Part shown: positions 31,723 through 64,000 of the stretch, piece by piece | How the letters are laid out: each line of letters opens with the position of its first letter | How positions within the stretch are numbered: the first letter of the stretch is position 1 | Assembly (NCBI RefSeq): GCF_964355755.1 | Contig: NC_092670.1 | Coordinates: 13,874,795 to 13,938,794 of the forward strand | Source: Antedon mediterranea | Taxonomy: Eukaryota > Animalia > Echinodermata | Reading direction: 5' to 3' | DNA: 64,000 bases | Translations under genes and position numbers: made by a program | Notes under the pieces: generated by a model | Databases searched by the model: none | Seen by the model: the letters and a program-made list of their open reading frames with translations, nothing else | Told to the model about the DNA's origin: nothing

Positions 31723-32510
31723 ATCAGGATCCGTACACATAATGATCCATATACCCATACGTCACGTGTCATACCATCTGCGCAAAATCGAATGACTATG
31801 AAGATAATGGACGGGAACCAGCACAACCACATAATCCCTGTTATAGCCGCGAATACTTTAAGTACATGTCTGGTACGTTTCACGCGATTTAAATTTCTGC
31901 CAAAAGCTCTCAGTTCTCGTTCTTGGTCTTTAACATAGCGATATATCGCAAAATACACACAGGTGTTTAAAAATAGTAAAACGATTACAAATATTCCTAT
32001 TAAGAAATCCATAATGTTGTAATCGTTTAATATTTTAAATAGTATAATCCAGACAAAAACCGGCACGCTCCATAAAAGTAGCAAAACGAAAAACAAGGTT
32101 TTACTCATAACGCTAGACGCATAAACCAATGGAAACGCTACAATAGCAATGTATCTATCGATGCCAATCGCTGTCAATGATACAACGGACGTTAAAAAGA
32201 TACAATAATTTACAATTTGTAATTCATCAGATTTCGGTATATCAAAGAATATTAGAAAAGCGAAAAATGAAGTTAAGAAGTCAGCACATGTAAGCGAAAC
32301 AACGAAGACGCTTTTCTTATGATGTAGCGGTCGAGAGACGATGAATCCGGCCAACACTGTAAAGTTTCCCAACACAGCTAGTATGGTTACAACGAGGTAG
32401 ATTATGGCGAGAGCAAATCCAACTGAGGATTGTTTCAATGATTTGAAAGTTAAATCCAGTGCCTTTGTTTCGGCGTTCGTATGTGTGTCGTTAATCGAAA
32501 AGTTGTCCAT
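31572..32510 (-). CDS. Single-coding-exon class A (rhodopsin-like) GPCR, 312 aa, orphan/chemoreceptor-like
   Basis: Likely start MDNFSINDT (N-glycosylation sequons) directly after a polypyrimidine-AG acceptor. TM1 LGN, TM2 SLTCAD, TM3 IDRY, TM6 CWFP, TM7 NSMANPPIY, helix 8 YRRAL. Seven hydrophobic segments. Confidence 0.9.
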   Translation of the reverse strand: MDNFSINDTHTNAETKALDLTFKSLKQSSVGFALAIIYLVVTILAVLGNFTVLAGFIVSRPLHHKKSVFVVSLTCADFLTSFFAFLIFFDIPKSDELQIVNYCIFLTSVVSLTAIGIDRYIAIVAFPLVYASSVMSKTLFFVLLLLWSVPVFVWIILFKILNDYNIMDFLIGIFVIVLLFLNTCVYFAIYRYVKDQERELRAFGRNLNRVKRTRHVLKVFAAITGIMWLCWFPSIIFIVIRFCADGMTRDVWVYGSLCVRILIRVNSMANPPIYWWKIPEYRRALQCIIGKSLAWIHSDISLSDLAQFPTPV

Positions 32511-35468
32511 TCTATTTTGAAAAAGAGACAAAAATAGAAACGACGATATAATCCATAGCATACTATAAGGCACTGTTTAACCAAAAATGTGCCCTAAAGG
32601 CTATTATGTTAAATGCAACTCATGGAATGATGATTAGGCCTACAGAACCGTGAACAACAGAGGCTGAAAATGCCAAATATTAATCTAACGGGTTAAAACT
32701 CGCGGAAGTACATGTTGACCAATTACAACACGAGGGGTCATCCGAATTTTCGCCTGTGGTTGGTCAACTCATTCATCCTAATGGGAAGCAAGCTTATAAT
32801 TCATAACAATTGTAATATCTTGTTGTGTTGATGTCAGTTATTTTAAATGCACGATATTCCCGACATCATGATATATTATGTAAATACTCCTTGTTTTATG
32901 CATATTTATTTCTATAACGTATAATGATATTCAAATATTATGGCAATCATTCATATAAAAAATAAACATTGAACTCGTGTTGCATTAATTATTAACAATG
33001 ATAATATCAATTATAGTACAAAGTGTATCAATTAAATTCCCGTATAGTATTATGAATGATATTATAGATACTATAATAGTACATGCACTTAGTAGGTTTA
33101 AACTGCAAAGGGGAATTTAACTAAAAATACTTTATTTTCTTTATCTAGGCAACTGTCGATAACAGTAGTATCATAAGCAAAGGCATAATGCAGGGTCTCA
33201 TGAGAAATTGTTATAATATACAATACCCTAATAAACATATGCCAGGATGTATAAAATTATGGTTAACATCTAAGATACTAACAGCATCATATACAATACG
33301 GGGAAGTTAATGGTTTGAGCATGTAGCTGTATACTTTTATAGCTCCATGGTTAGAGGAAGAAATGGCGAACAGGCGCGTCTACAATCGAGAGTTGTATAT
33401 AATGTCATAATAAATCGTTGGAGGCGCTAATTTCACTATGTTTATAGATTGGTGGGTAAAATAGAAATGAAGTATAACTAAAGAGGTAAATGAAAAAGAA
33501 CAATAGTGAAACCTGCTGAAGTGCAGCAGAAAAAAGAAACGTATATTAGAATATAATTATTAGAAGATATGGAGTCGGTATTGAAAGAGATATTAATCGA
33601 AACGAATGTTCTCGTAGTGAAAAAAAGCAATTTTAATGTAAAAATTTAAGAAGGACAGGATACCAACAGAGAGAGAATGCCAACATGAAAACAAAACAAC
33701 TATTGCCAAAAAACAGATGGAAAAATTAGGTGCTATTGATCATGTCTGTAGGAAGAATTAATATTTCAAATTTAATCCCGGAGTCACCCTTTAAGAGAGT
33801 ATTCTGTATAAAGTTATAATATTATAATCTGTATTGTTTGTGCATGCTTAGAAATATGTATACAGTAGCCTTACATAATATGATTATTTCTTATCACAGC
33901 TGGGAAATCTTTTCTCGAGATACGTTTTCACGAATTGGACATTGATTTTACGTATCCAAATGCTGGATGTATGGAATGCAAAACTAGCCAAAAAGATAAT
34001 AATTCTGATGTGTACAAAATTCGAAACATTTAATATCTTGCACTTCAGTGAAAAGTAACCTTATGACTATGTAGCACTATAGTTCAGACGATAAATCTCA
34101 TCGATATGTTTTTCCAATTTGGAAATTTCCAATTTACATTGTAATTTGTTTTGTATTATTTATAAAGATAATTATGAAACTTGATATTGTTGTAAGTATG
34201 CGAGTCATGCCGGCTAACGGTATATTATAACACCAGTAATAAATCATAATGTGACTACAAGTTCGGCTCTAACGTAGATGGATGGATGAGCATTTATACG
34301 ACCAATTTATTGCGTTACAACATACTGACAGTGGTAATGGGCGTAGAGAATATGTGGATAATTATGTAGTATGACTGTGGCAGATTTCATAGCAAATAAG
34401 AAGGCATAGAAATGACTCCGACAAAAATGTGTGCCTAAAAAGAGCATGTATAAGGGCATGCTCCGGGTATTTTAACCCGGTACTTGCACAGGCAACTCAA
34501 CGGTTCCTGGACAACCACACTAATAATTCAAAGGGACCACGGATTATTGTTAGGCCTGTTGATCAATGTATAGGCCTACCTATGCCCAGTTGCTACCACG
34601 GTTGGAACCATATTAAATGGATATAGGTCTAAAGCATAATAAACAGCGTTTGGCGTCGATGGTTCCGAGCAAGGGGACTCTCCACTTACTGCCTCAATAT
34701 CATTTTAACATGGGCTTGCTGAAGCATACCAGGGAAGGGCTAACATTAAAAAAAACAGATGATGAACGGGGAACAACTACGCAGTTCCAGTATACAGAAC
34801 GTAGTATTCAAAACACATTTCACATTCAGCTATTAGTAAAAGAAAATACGTTAGAGGAACGAATATCATTAAAGTATTGATTTCTTAGGTACATTACGAA
34901 TTACTTCGAAGTGTACATTGTGCTATGAAGGAGAATGACTTACCTGTCACCATAGTCTCATGTCGTTTGATTCAATCAACAATATATTCTTTCATCCATT
35001 CTTTATAAATAAAAATAAGTTGTTTCAGGCACGACCGATACAATATACAACACGAAAGCTTTTCTCTTAATAATGTTAAGAATTCCGCTCATACAATATA
35101 TACTGCATGGAATTTAAATTATATTATCAATATCAGCTCTTCAAACTGTTAGCAGATATAACGCCGCCTAGTGAGAAAGAGATACATTGACCAGTCGAGT
35201 CACCGCATTACCAGGACAGACTGTCTAATGGCTACTAACAATTTTTCTTTTGCGTGATATTTCATATAACGCGAGCATTTGATTCAATGAAAGAAGTTAC
35301 GTATGAATATTTGATTTGAAGTAACAGACGGTTCATAAGGTTGTAACATTTTTAACCAACAAAATGTTTTGTCAGAAATTTACAGTAGGCTACATTAAAA
35401 GAAATAATTAGGTGATCATTTAGAATAAAATGATCACCTATTGTTATTGTATGAAATCTTTATTATTA

Positions 35469-37032
35469 GTTATCCGCATTCAGCGGATAACTCCTTGTAA
35501 CTGTCCTGTTTCATCTTCTTTTTTTTCTGTATTCTTCTTTCTTTCTGTCATTTTTGTGCAGAGCGTATCTCTAAAACATGTAAACATAACATTTCATAAC
35601 TTTGTCAACATATGGGCATTCGCGTGAAGTTGTGCCCCTCTTATTGTGAATGACGTCAGAGTTACGCAACGTGACTTACACGCGTTTTTACGTTTTTCGC
35701 GTATTTAACATAGATCGAAAACCATATAACAATTTCAAATGAAACTTAGCATAAGTTTAATTTATATCATGCGCTAACTTTCTGTGTAAAAAAAATGACA
35801 TGTTTCACACGAAGTTACGCGCGCACGCGCGTTTAAAATTTAAAATTGCAAAAAATCAGTTTCTAATCAACTTTCTACGCGTTTCATGTCATTTTAAGCA
35901 TGTCAAAAATTCCCAGGCGCGCGCAATTCTTTTACGCACACGTGCGCACGTAGCGCAAAACACTTTTTTTTTCGCGTGATTTATGTTTTTCCAGCCTTTT
36001 CTAGTAATTTTACAAACTTTTAAACAATTTCGACTTAAAATCACGTCATACGGGCACGTAGAATTGGATAATTTTCGCGAGTTTTTGATGAAAAAGTAAA
36101 AAAAATTGTCAAAATTTGTCTAAATTATGCCTTTTTTTAAACAGTCGTAATTTCTAAACTGGACGGTCAATTTTTTGTGGATGACATATTCTTGAAGTTG
36201 ATGAGTTATAGATATCGGATCATGTATTAATATGGCTAACCGGACATTGTGACGTCATCGTATGGCCACGCGAATATAAAATTTAGGATTTTTGTATCTT
36301 TCGTCGTAGCTTATCACATTTAATAGAGCGCATCTCTACTTATCCGTTTTCCATTTTCACCCCGATTTTGATATTGTCTAGATCAATCAACTATCTTTCG
36401 CATGAGTTAAAAATATTTTAATTTTTATTACGTCATCATGTCTAAAAACGTAAATAACGTGGGTCAATTATTTTCATCTTTACTTTCTCGTCAGAATAAA
36501 AAGTGATAATCATGATTAAAATGTTTCCTGGAAGCTATTGGATTGTAGATACGAATTCATGTGAACATTTTTCCAATCCGACGTTGTGACGTCATCATAT
36601 GGCCAGTTGAATAAAAAAAGTCGTATTTTCATCTTTTGCGTCATAGTTCATCACATTTAAAAGAGCGCGTATCTATATTTTACGTATTCAAATTTCTTCT
36701 ACACGTTAATATGTTGTTGCTGAGATAATTTCATTCTGAAATTTCTACTTTTGCATTTCATTTTGAAACCGTCAAGATGTAAAACATTACAATAAAATAC
36801 GGGTCCCGTAATTTCACCTATTTTACACTGTTTGTGATATGTATACAGATTGTACTGTGTATACTATATGACACAAAATAACAGAATTCAGAAATAACAA
36901 CATATCATATTCTTCAGTTCAGGTCATAATGCCTTAATATTTTTCTGTGTGCAATATTCTAACGTATGACGTGCACGTGGCGTTTGTCGAGCGGATAACT
37001 AACTCGTTAAAGTGACGAGTTTCATGTCTAGT
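35469..37032 (+). mobile_element. Nested Helentron/HINE-like element 1 (~1.56 kb)
   Basis: GTTATCCGC..GCGGATAAC 5' inverted repeat and TTC-rich tract. 3' GCGGATAAC + ACTCGTTAAAGTGACGAGT hairpin + CTAGT. Inserted in a T-rich site. Confidence 0.75.
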
Positions 37033-37048
37033 TATTATTTTTTTTTTT

Positions 37049-38667
37049 GGTTATCCGCAACGAAGTTGCAGGATAACCTCTTGTGATTGTACGAAATCAT
37101 CATCATCATCATCATCATCATCAACTTTTTATTCTTCTTCTTTCTTTCTGTATGATTTTTGTGTAACGCTTTTCTCTAAAACTCGCAAACATAACATTTC
37201 GGTAACTATGTTAACATTTTGACATTTATGTAACGTCGTCAAGCGAAGCTTTTCATGATGTTTACAATTGCGCAACGTGACGTACGCGCGATTTAACGAT
37301 TTTCTCGTATCTAACATATGTCGAAAACCAAATAACATTTTAAAGTGAAACTTTGCAAAAGTTTAATTTATATCATGCGCTAACTTTCTGTTGAAAAAAA
37401 ATTGCGTGTTTTACACAAAGTTACGCGCGCACGCGTATTTAAAATTTCAAAATGCGCAAAATTAATTTATAATCAACTTTCTACGCGTTTTATGTCGTTT
37501 TAAGCATGTCAAAAATTCCCACGCGTGCGCACATTTTTACGTGTGCGGTGCGCACGTAGCATTGAAAACGTATTTTTTTCGCGTGATTTATGTTTTTCCA
37601 GCCTTTTCTAGCAATTTTACCAAATTTTAAACAATTTCGACTTAAAGATACGTCATACGAGCACGTCGAATTGGACAATTTGCGCGCGTTTTTTATGAAA
37701 AGGTTAAAAAATTCGTTTAAAATATGCCTTTTTTTAAACAGTCGTAATTTCTAAACTAGACGGTCAACTTTTTGTGGATGACATATTCTGGAAGTAGATG
37801 AGTTGTAGATATCGGATCAGGTATTAATATGGCTAACCGGACATTGTGACGTCATCGTATGGCCACGCGAATATAAAATTTAGGATTTTTGTATCTTTCG
37901 TCATAACTCATCACATTGAATAGAGCGCATCTCCACCTATTCGTTTTCCATTTTCACCCTGATTTTGATATTGTCTAGATCAATCAACTATCTTTCGCAT
38001 GAGGTAAAAATATTTTAATTTTTTTGACGTCATCATGCCTAAAAATTTAAATCACGTGTGGCATAAATTTCATCTTTACAGTAAATTTTAATCTGTTATA
38101 GCTCGTAAGAATAAAATGTGATAATCACGATTAAAACTTTTTCTGGAAGCTATTGGATTGTAGATACGAAATTATGTAAAAATGTTGCCAATCGGATGTT
38201 GTGACGTCATCATATGGCCAGTTAAATGAAAAAGGTCGTATTTTCATCTTTTGCGTCATAATTCATTACATTTAAAAGAGCGCGCATCTATATTTCACGT
38301 ATTCAAATTTCTTCTACACGCTAATACGTTGTTGCTGAGATAATTTCCTTTCGGAATTGCTACCTTCGCGTTTTATTTTAAAACCGTCAACATGTTAAAA
38401 ATTGCAATAAATAACAGGTCCCGTAATTTCACCTATTCTACACTGTATGTCACTGTATGTGATATGGATACAGAATATACTGTTTATACTATATATGAAT
38501 TTAAATAATAAAATTCAGCAATAACAACATATCATATTCTTCAGTTCAGATCATAATGCCAACGTGAACACTTCCTTTTGTCCTCAACCTATCCCCTTAA
38601 TGTTAATGTTGCACCACTTGCGCGGCGGATAACCAAACTCGTCAAAGTGACGAGTTACATGTCTAGT
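37049..38667 (+). mobile_element. Nested Helentron/HINE-like element 2 (~1.62 kb)
   Basis: GGTTATCCGC..GGATAACC and a (CAT)n microsatellite. 3' GCGGATAACC + ACTCGTCAAAGTGACGAGT hairpin + CTAGT. Colinear with element 1. Confidence 0.75.
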
Positions 38668-40192
38668 CTTTTTATTGTTTCTGTACACTATTTTGTGTAA
38701 CAATTATCTCAAAAAGTTTAATGTCAATGATTACCAAAATGTCAGAATATCTTTCAAATAATATAACTTAATCCTAATCAGCTTTCCAGCGTGATCACTC
38801 ATCCGTGACGTCATTTATATGCCATTTTGTGAAATCACATTATCAATCATATCTCCATAATTCATTATGACATATTAATGAAATTCACTATAGGTAAACT
38901 TCAGGTCAAGGGTAAAAATATTAGCAAAAAAAAAGTTGCGCGTTTCAAGGTCATGCACGTGAAATCGCGCGTTAAAAATTTAAAACGCGCAAAATTAGGT
39001 TTTGATCAATTTAGAGCATGAATTAGGCCATTTGCTCATTTCAAAAAATTACTGCGCAAAAATGCGTTTTTGTGCGCACGATTCTTAAAATGCGTAAAAA
39101 ATTAAATTTGATGTATAAATCACATTCTACTCACAATCCTTAGTACATTCACCAATTTTGAGTCCATTCCGACTTAAAATAACGCTATACGAGCACGTTA
39201 AAAATGACAAAATGCGCACACTAATTGTACAAAAGTGCTAAAAATGGTAAAAAATAAGGACTTTTTAAAATGAATATAACTCTTCAGAATGGCAGATGAC
39301 CCCCAATTTTTTTTAACTTATTATGGAAGCCAATACGTTGTAGATACAAATGTATATACACATTAGACGTACAAAATGGTATGACGTCATCAAATGGCCA
39401 CTTGAATTTAAAAATTAGGAATTTTTTTCTTTTTGTGTGGGTTATCACATTCAATAGAGCGCATCTCCGTTATTTGAGCCCGATTTTCGCACAACTTTTA
39501 GTATGTGCTTGCTCAATTAATTATTCTTCTAATGAGTTGTCAACATTTTTATTTTGATGACGTCATCACGCGTAAAAACTTGAATAACCTAGGTCGTGTA
39601 ATTTCAGCTACACCATACATTTGAATATCTTATAGCTCTTCAGAATTAAAGGTGACCTTGAAGATTATAACTTATTATACAAAATTAAGCCTATCGGATG
39701 TTGTGATGTTATCATATGGCCAGTTGAAGTTAAAAAGCAGTTTTTAAATTTCTTTAGTCAAAGTTATACAAATTTCAAAGACCGCGCATTGCGCTTCTAG
39801 CTACGTGTCAAATTTTCTTCCAATCCTTATATTTATTTGCTCAATTCATTATCTTTCGAAATTGTCATCTTCGAGTTTATTTTGAAAATTCCATCATACC
39901 AAAAAATTAGAACACGATATGAGTCCCGTAATTTCACCTATGCTACACTGTATATAGATATACAGTATACTGTACATATTGTATGACACATAGATAGAAC
40001 TCAGCACTGTAAGTGTATATGCAATCATGTCATAGGATGGCGTACATCAACTTGTAACGATCGTATGTTAACGTACATGCATGTTTAAAAAATGTTAATT
40101 TTATTAAAATGATAAAAATGATCACCTATAATTCGTCAAAGTGACGAATTAAATTCTAGTTGTATTTATAATTGTATATATTATTGTTGATA

Positions 40193-40350
40193 TAAAGTTT
40201 GCGGTACACCACGTGTATTAGTTCTGAAAAGAACGTTTCGATCAATATCCATTCTCACTCCTGAGGGACGATCAAAGCATATTGATCGAAACGTCGAGCA
40301 ACTCAACAGTTCTTTTCAGAACTAATACACGTGGTGTACCGCAAACTTTA
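40193..40350 (+). mobile_element. Palindromic Penelope-like pseudo-LTR remnant with a minimal hammerhead-ribozyme-like motif (40258-40298)
   Basis: Perfect 42-bp inverted arms (40193-40234 / 40309-40350) around CTC-CTGAGGGA-C-GATCAA-AGCATA-TTGATC-GAAA-CGTC-GAG. Confidence 0.55.
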
Positions 40351-40451
40351 TCAACATTTGATTTCGCCATGCAAACCTTCAAACAATGTATATATTATTA
40401 TTATAAACATAATAAATTTAAATGAATAAATAAATCGTGAGATGATTTAAT

Positions 40452-60086
<19,635 letters not shown>

Positions 60087-60814
60087 CTAAAGTGACGAAA
60101 GAGTAATATTTCATATCCACGCTTAGCAGTGTTTGATTAGTTTTCGTGTCCGAAAACGTTGCTACCTATCATTCCATCTTATATTACAATGAAAATAAGA
60201 AATATTTTTTACTAATTAAACGCCGATCGACTTTTTGACGTAAAAGTGTTAATTATTGTTCTTCATTAAATGTGATAATAATTTAAGAAATAACGATTTG
60301 GTATCAATTAGTTTAATTTAACTATCAGACAACAGTAGTAAACATTTTTGTGTAATGTAAATATAGTTTACAGCCGGTACTCACTAATCAAATAATTCTC
60401 CATTTATACACATCATTCGCAAAAAATTACGATAGATTGTTTTGACCATTTTCAATGATATATATGACGGTACTGTAATTAAACCAGGCCTATGTTGACA
60501 GCAAAAACGAGCTATGTTTATTAAATATAGGTCTACAGACTACTCTCTGCATATATATCATAGACTGTCTGTAGGCATGCCCAGTTCGAGTTTACAAATT
60601 CCTATTTAGACTCTCTTTCCAGGCGTGTTTTGGGTTGTGCGCATGCCCAGTCCGAGTTTACTAATTCCCATTGTTTCAGTTATAATAGGTCTAAACTATA
60701 AGCTTCCGTGTGATATTTAATTTCCCAAACATTCCATTCTCTTTAATGAATTTAACTGCCTATGGCACGGCGCGTTTAAATTTCTCAGAATTGTATAGGC
60801 CTATATACCTATAA

Positions 60815-61900
60815 TAGACTAGTCCAGATTTGAGAAAAATGAAATGCTGTAGGCATTTCGTGTTAAAAGCGAATAAACATGTGTTTTAGGGTAATTTTGG
60901 GGTGCTGAATTCAAATTTGCTGTTTACCCGGCTCAATTTTTAGATCTTCACCCTTAAAATGTGAAAAACAAAATGGCCGCCATTTCAGACTTATTTTGGC
61001 TTATAACTTGACTTTTAAGTGACGTAGCAAGTTAAAAAATGGTGTCTATACCTATGTTTGTGATAGTGAAGATTCCAACTATATTGTTATTAAAGTTGAA
61101 AATATTCTATTTCAGCCGCCATGTTGAAATCCAAGATGGCCGCCATTTTAAACGTATTTTGGCTTATAACTTGACTTTTAATTAACATAGCAAGTTAAAA
61201 ATAGTTTCTATACCTATGTTTGTGATACTGAGGATTCCAAATATATTGTTATTAAAGTTGTAAATATTCTATTTCAGCCTCCATGTTGGAATTCAAGATG
61301 GTCGCCATTTAAAACGTCTTTTGGCTTATAACGTGACATAAAGTAACATAGTAGGTTAGAAATGATGTCTATACAGTACCTATGTTTGTGATACTGAGGA
61401 TTCCAAATATATTGTTATTAAAGTTGTAAATATTCTATTTCAGCCTCCATGTTGGAATTCAAGATGGTCGCCATTTAAAACGTCTTTTGGCTTATAACGT
61501 GACATAAAGTAACATAGTAGGTTAGAAATGATGTCTATACAGTACCTATGTTTGTGATACTGAGGATTCCAAATATATTGTTATTAAAGTTGTAAATATT
61601 CTATTTCAGCCGCCATGTTGAAATCCAAGATGGCCGCCATCATTTTAAACGTATTTTGGCTTATAACTTGACTTTTAATTAACATAGCAAGTTAAAAATG
61701 GTTTCTACCTATAGTCCAGTAAAAGTATGGTTGAACCTAGAACAAATTGCAACAAAATTTGTTTTTGTTTTGTCTGGTTGATATGGTCCAAATTAACATC
61801 ATATCCAAAGTTTACCAAAATCGGACATCGTGAAGTGGGTTCATTAGCATAAATTAAAAATGGCCGCCATTTACCATTTTGAAGCCCTGTATATTATCTC
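60815..61900. mobile_element. Left end of a probable DNA transposon (TAG terminus) with ~165-bp internal tandem repeats, marking the end of A/B homology
   Basis: Copy A reads CCTATAA|CCAGGG and copy B reads CCTATAA|TAGACTAGTCCAG. About 4.5 units containing CAAGATGGCCGCCATTT...TTTTGGCTTATAAC lie at ~60970-61710. No right end was found in the window. Confidence 0.55.
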
Positions 61901-63743
61901 ATTAACGGTTGGTTTTACTTATAGACCACCTACTGTAAGTGAATTACTATTAATTATTATTAATCAGATGTCTTGTTAATTTTGGACTGAACAAAAGATG
62001 CATGTTTCGAATTCATTCATAATTCATATCTTTGTTTCTTTGCAAGTACAGATCGTTTCTCATTCGAAATGCCATTGAAGATGTTGCCATTTGCTCCCCA
62101 GTGTTTTCTTTAACTACAGATTTTCCACTATGCTTCTTCTGTCTTAAAATATTTTTTTAATGATGGCAAAGTAATAGTAGGCCCCTAATAGATTTAATGC
62201 TCCATCTGCATTCAAAGTTTCGATTCCATTTCCTGAAATTTTTTGCCAAGGAAGTTAAATACTGCTTGTTGTAGAAATTTAAATACTGTAATAAGGTACC
62301 AATTATCAATTTATTCACAATTTCAAATTATTTCTAATTTATAAAGATTTATAACAAATGCTGGTGTGGATGACATAAGAACAAAGCTTGTTTACCGGTC
62401 ACCGGTAGTGATGGCAAGTTAGAAAATTACCCAAACCCTTTGAATACCGTTGATATGTAGTATCTTTAACTGATGGTTCTTCATCCTTGTTGGCACAATA
62501 TAATGTCCTTTATGCTCGACGAATCTTGGAAACAGCATTATAATATAAGCCAAAAAAGTTGTTGACTTGGTCACCAAACAGGTAAAATTCTGGCAATGAA
62601 ATAGCAACTTTGATTGCAGATGAAGATGCTCACTTGTTATACCAAGCAATATGACATTATTTATTTCATGTGTCATTTCAATTTTGGATGTTTCCATACA
62701 CGTTTGATCCAATAGACTGGGGTAATAATGTTTCACAACATTAGGTTCTATATAAATCCACGATATTATTGTATGAAAACTATTAATATCATGATATCTA
62801 ATTATTATACTATAAATTAAACTTATATTTATGTGTGTAGGCCTACATATTACCACTAATTGCAAAGCATATATAGCTTAATGTTTATTGCGTAATAATT
62901 GCTTAATGGGCTAGGCCGGCTATGTGCAGGTGTTCACAGGTCCCCAGGGCACAGAGAACTACATGCACAACAGGCCTAGGATATGCGCAAAAGCAAGGCA
63001 AGTCAGAAATGTATGCGAGCCATCGTTTTACCATCATCAAAAAATGCGAGGCAAAATTTAGGATCGATTATTATTCTTTGAAAACAGAACAGGATCAGCA
63101 GTAACATATTACAGCATTTTTATTGAAAAATTAACAAATATATTGAGATTAAACGTGTTTTTCACCAATAAATGCATGAGAAATTGACGCATTCCACTTT
63201 GTTTTAGTCCTCTATTATCATTTTGGCCGTGAAGCTAGTTAATTCTATTTCCTTATACTGAATTGAAGGCATTATATAATACTGTAGATGAAAAAACCTC
63301 AAAACGAAACCTCTACTTCCTCTGGTATCCAGTATCATTTACTACTATATGGCTAATGCTATCATCTTACACTATTGATAATTTTATAAATTACAGTAAC
63401 ATTTTGTACTGTACTTTTATATGTGTTACCCCAAATTTCACAACAATCATTAATATATGGTAATATCAATGCATAAATAAAATAAATTATACACTACTTT
63501 TTAGCAGTTTTCTCAATTTATATATTATTATTATACTGATGTCTTTATCAATTGTTGTTTTTATACATTTAACATGTTTGTTTTTTTTACGAATTTTACA
63601 ATCTATTTCTATTCCGAGAAATGTTTTGATATAAATACGTTGTTGTTGTATTGAATTAATTCTGTGAAGTCTTTTTGACCAACTCTTTAATTATCATTAT
63701 GAACAAACAATGTGAACATTGTAGTCAACTTATACCAGCCTTA

Positions 63744-63924
63744 AGGGTCGTTCACACCTGTTCCGGCACTGTTCCGGTCCGGCGAATCGAACATCAATGT
63801 TTCGTTTTCACTCGGCTATGCGCCAATCGATATGTGCGTAGCCACGTGAAAACGAAACATTGACGTTCGATTGGATTTTCCGGCGCCGGACCGGAACCGT
63901 GCCGGAACAGGTGTGAAAGACCCT
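63744..63924. mobile_element. PIF/Harbinger (Tourist-like) MITE with perfect TTA TSD
   Basis: TTA|AGGGTCGTTCACACCTGTTCCGGCAC ... GTGCCGGAACAGGTGTGAAAGACCCT|TTA, almost fully palindromic. Confidence 0.85.
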
Positions 63925-64000
63925 TTATACACGATATGACTTGAATGAAAAAAATAATCGTTACATAAAAATAAACAACATAGCATGATGAGTATATACA

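Larger units (their letters stand above)
35408..40160 (+). mobile_element. Outer non-autonomous Helentron/HINE (DINE-1-like) element, interrupted by two nested relatives
   Basis: 5' TAGGTGATCATTT..AAATGATCACCTA at 35409-35440. 3' AAATGATCACCTA + hairpin AATTCGTCAAAGTGACGAATT + CTAGT at 40116-40160. The body resumes at ~38668 and is homologous to the inner elements. Confidence 0.7.

Noticed and set aside
32511-32573. N-terminal extension MPYSMLWIISSFLFLSLFQNR of the GPCR ORF, resembling a signal peptide
   Set aside because: It starts at a non-ATG codon and coincides with a polypyrimidine tract plus AG acceptor. Likely intronic, although an in-frame ATG exists.
34400-34950. Slightly GC-richer segment with short ORFs, possible LINE remnant or exon
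   Set aside because: No recognisable protein motif or consistent splice structure.
62419-63863. ORFs 62419-62865, 62922-63104, 63263-63463 and 63675-63863
   Set aside because: No motifs. They lie in probable TE interior or MITE sequence, and none matches the copy A signal-peptide exon.

Overview
AT-rich, intron-rich animal genomic DNA with no prokaryotic features. A marine invertebrate, probably an echinoderm, is inferred from the gene families and repeats. The window is an innate-recognition/cell-surface gene cluster. (1) The 3' end of a + strand SRCR/C-type-lectin/TM gene (1-1907). (2) A small three-coding-exon Ly6/uPAR three-finger gene with a GPI-type tail (6898-8725). (3) A complete - strand gene that I assembled by hand from 34 coding exons (29279->10100, 6975 nt, 2324 aa): signal peptide, 3 SRCR, 14 EGF, 14 SRCR, no TM/CUB/ZP. 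(4) A single-coding-exon rhodopsin-class GPCR whose last ~160 coding bases are tandemly re-copied into its own 3' flank. (5) A near-identical tandem copy of gene 3 (41897-60814). This copy lacks whole domains through deletions, has a new stop from a repeat element joined exactly at a splice donor, and carries an Academ transposon derivative, a 76-bp repeat expansion and one fast-diverging N-terminal SRCR half-exon. Between the copies lie nested Helentron/HINE-type elements, a 102-bp satellite with 398-bp higher-order structure, and a palindrome with a hammerhead-ribozyme-like core. Similar palindromes sit in an intron of copy A, and several MITE families are scattered through the window. All alignments were made by eye and no database searches were run. 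The duplication could in principle be an uncollapsed haplotype in the assembly.
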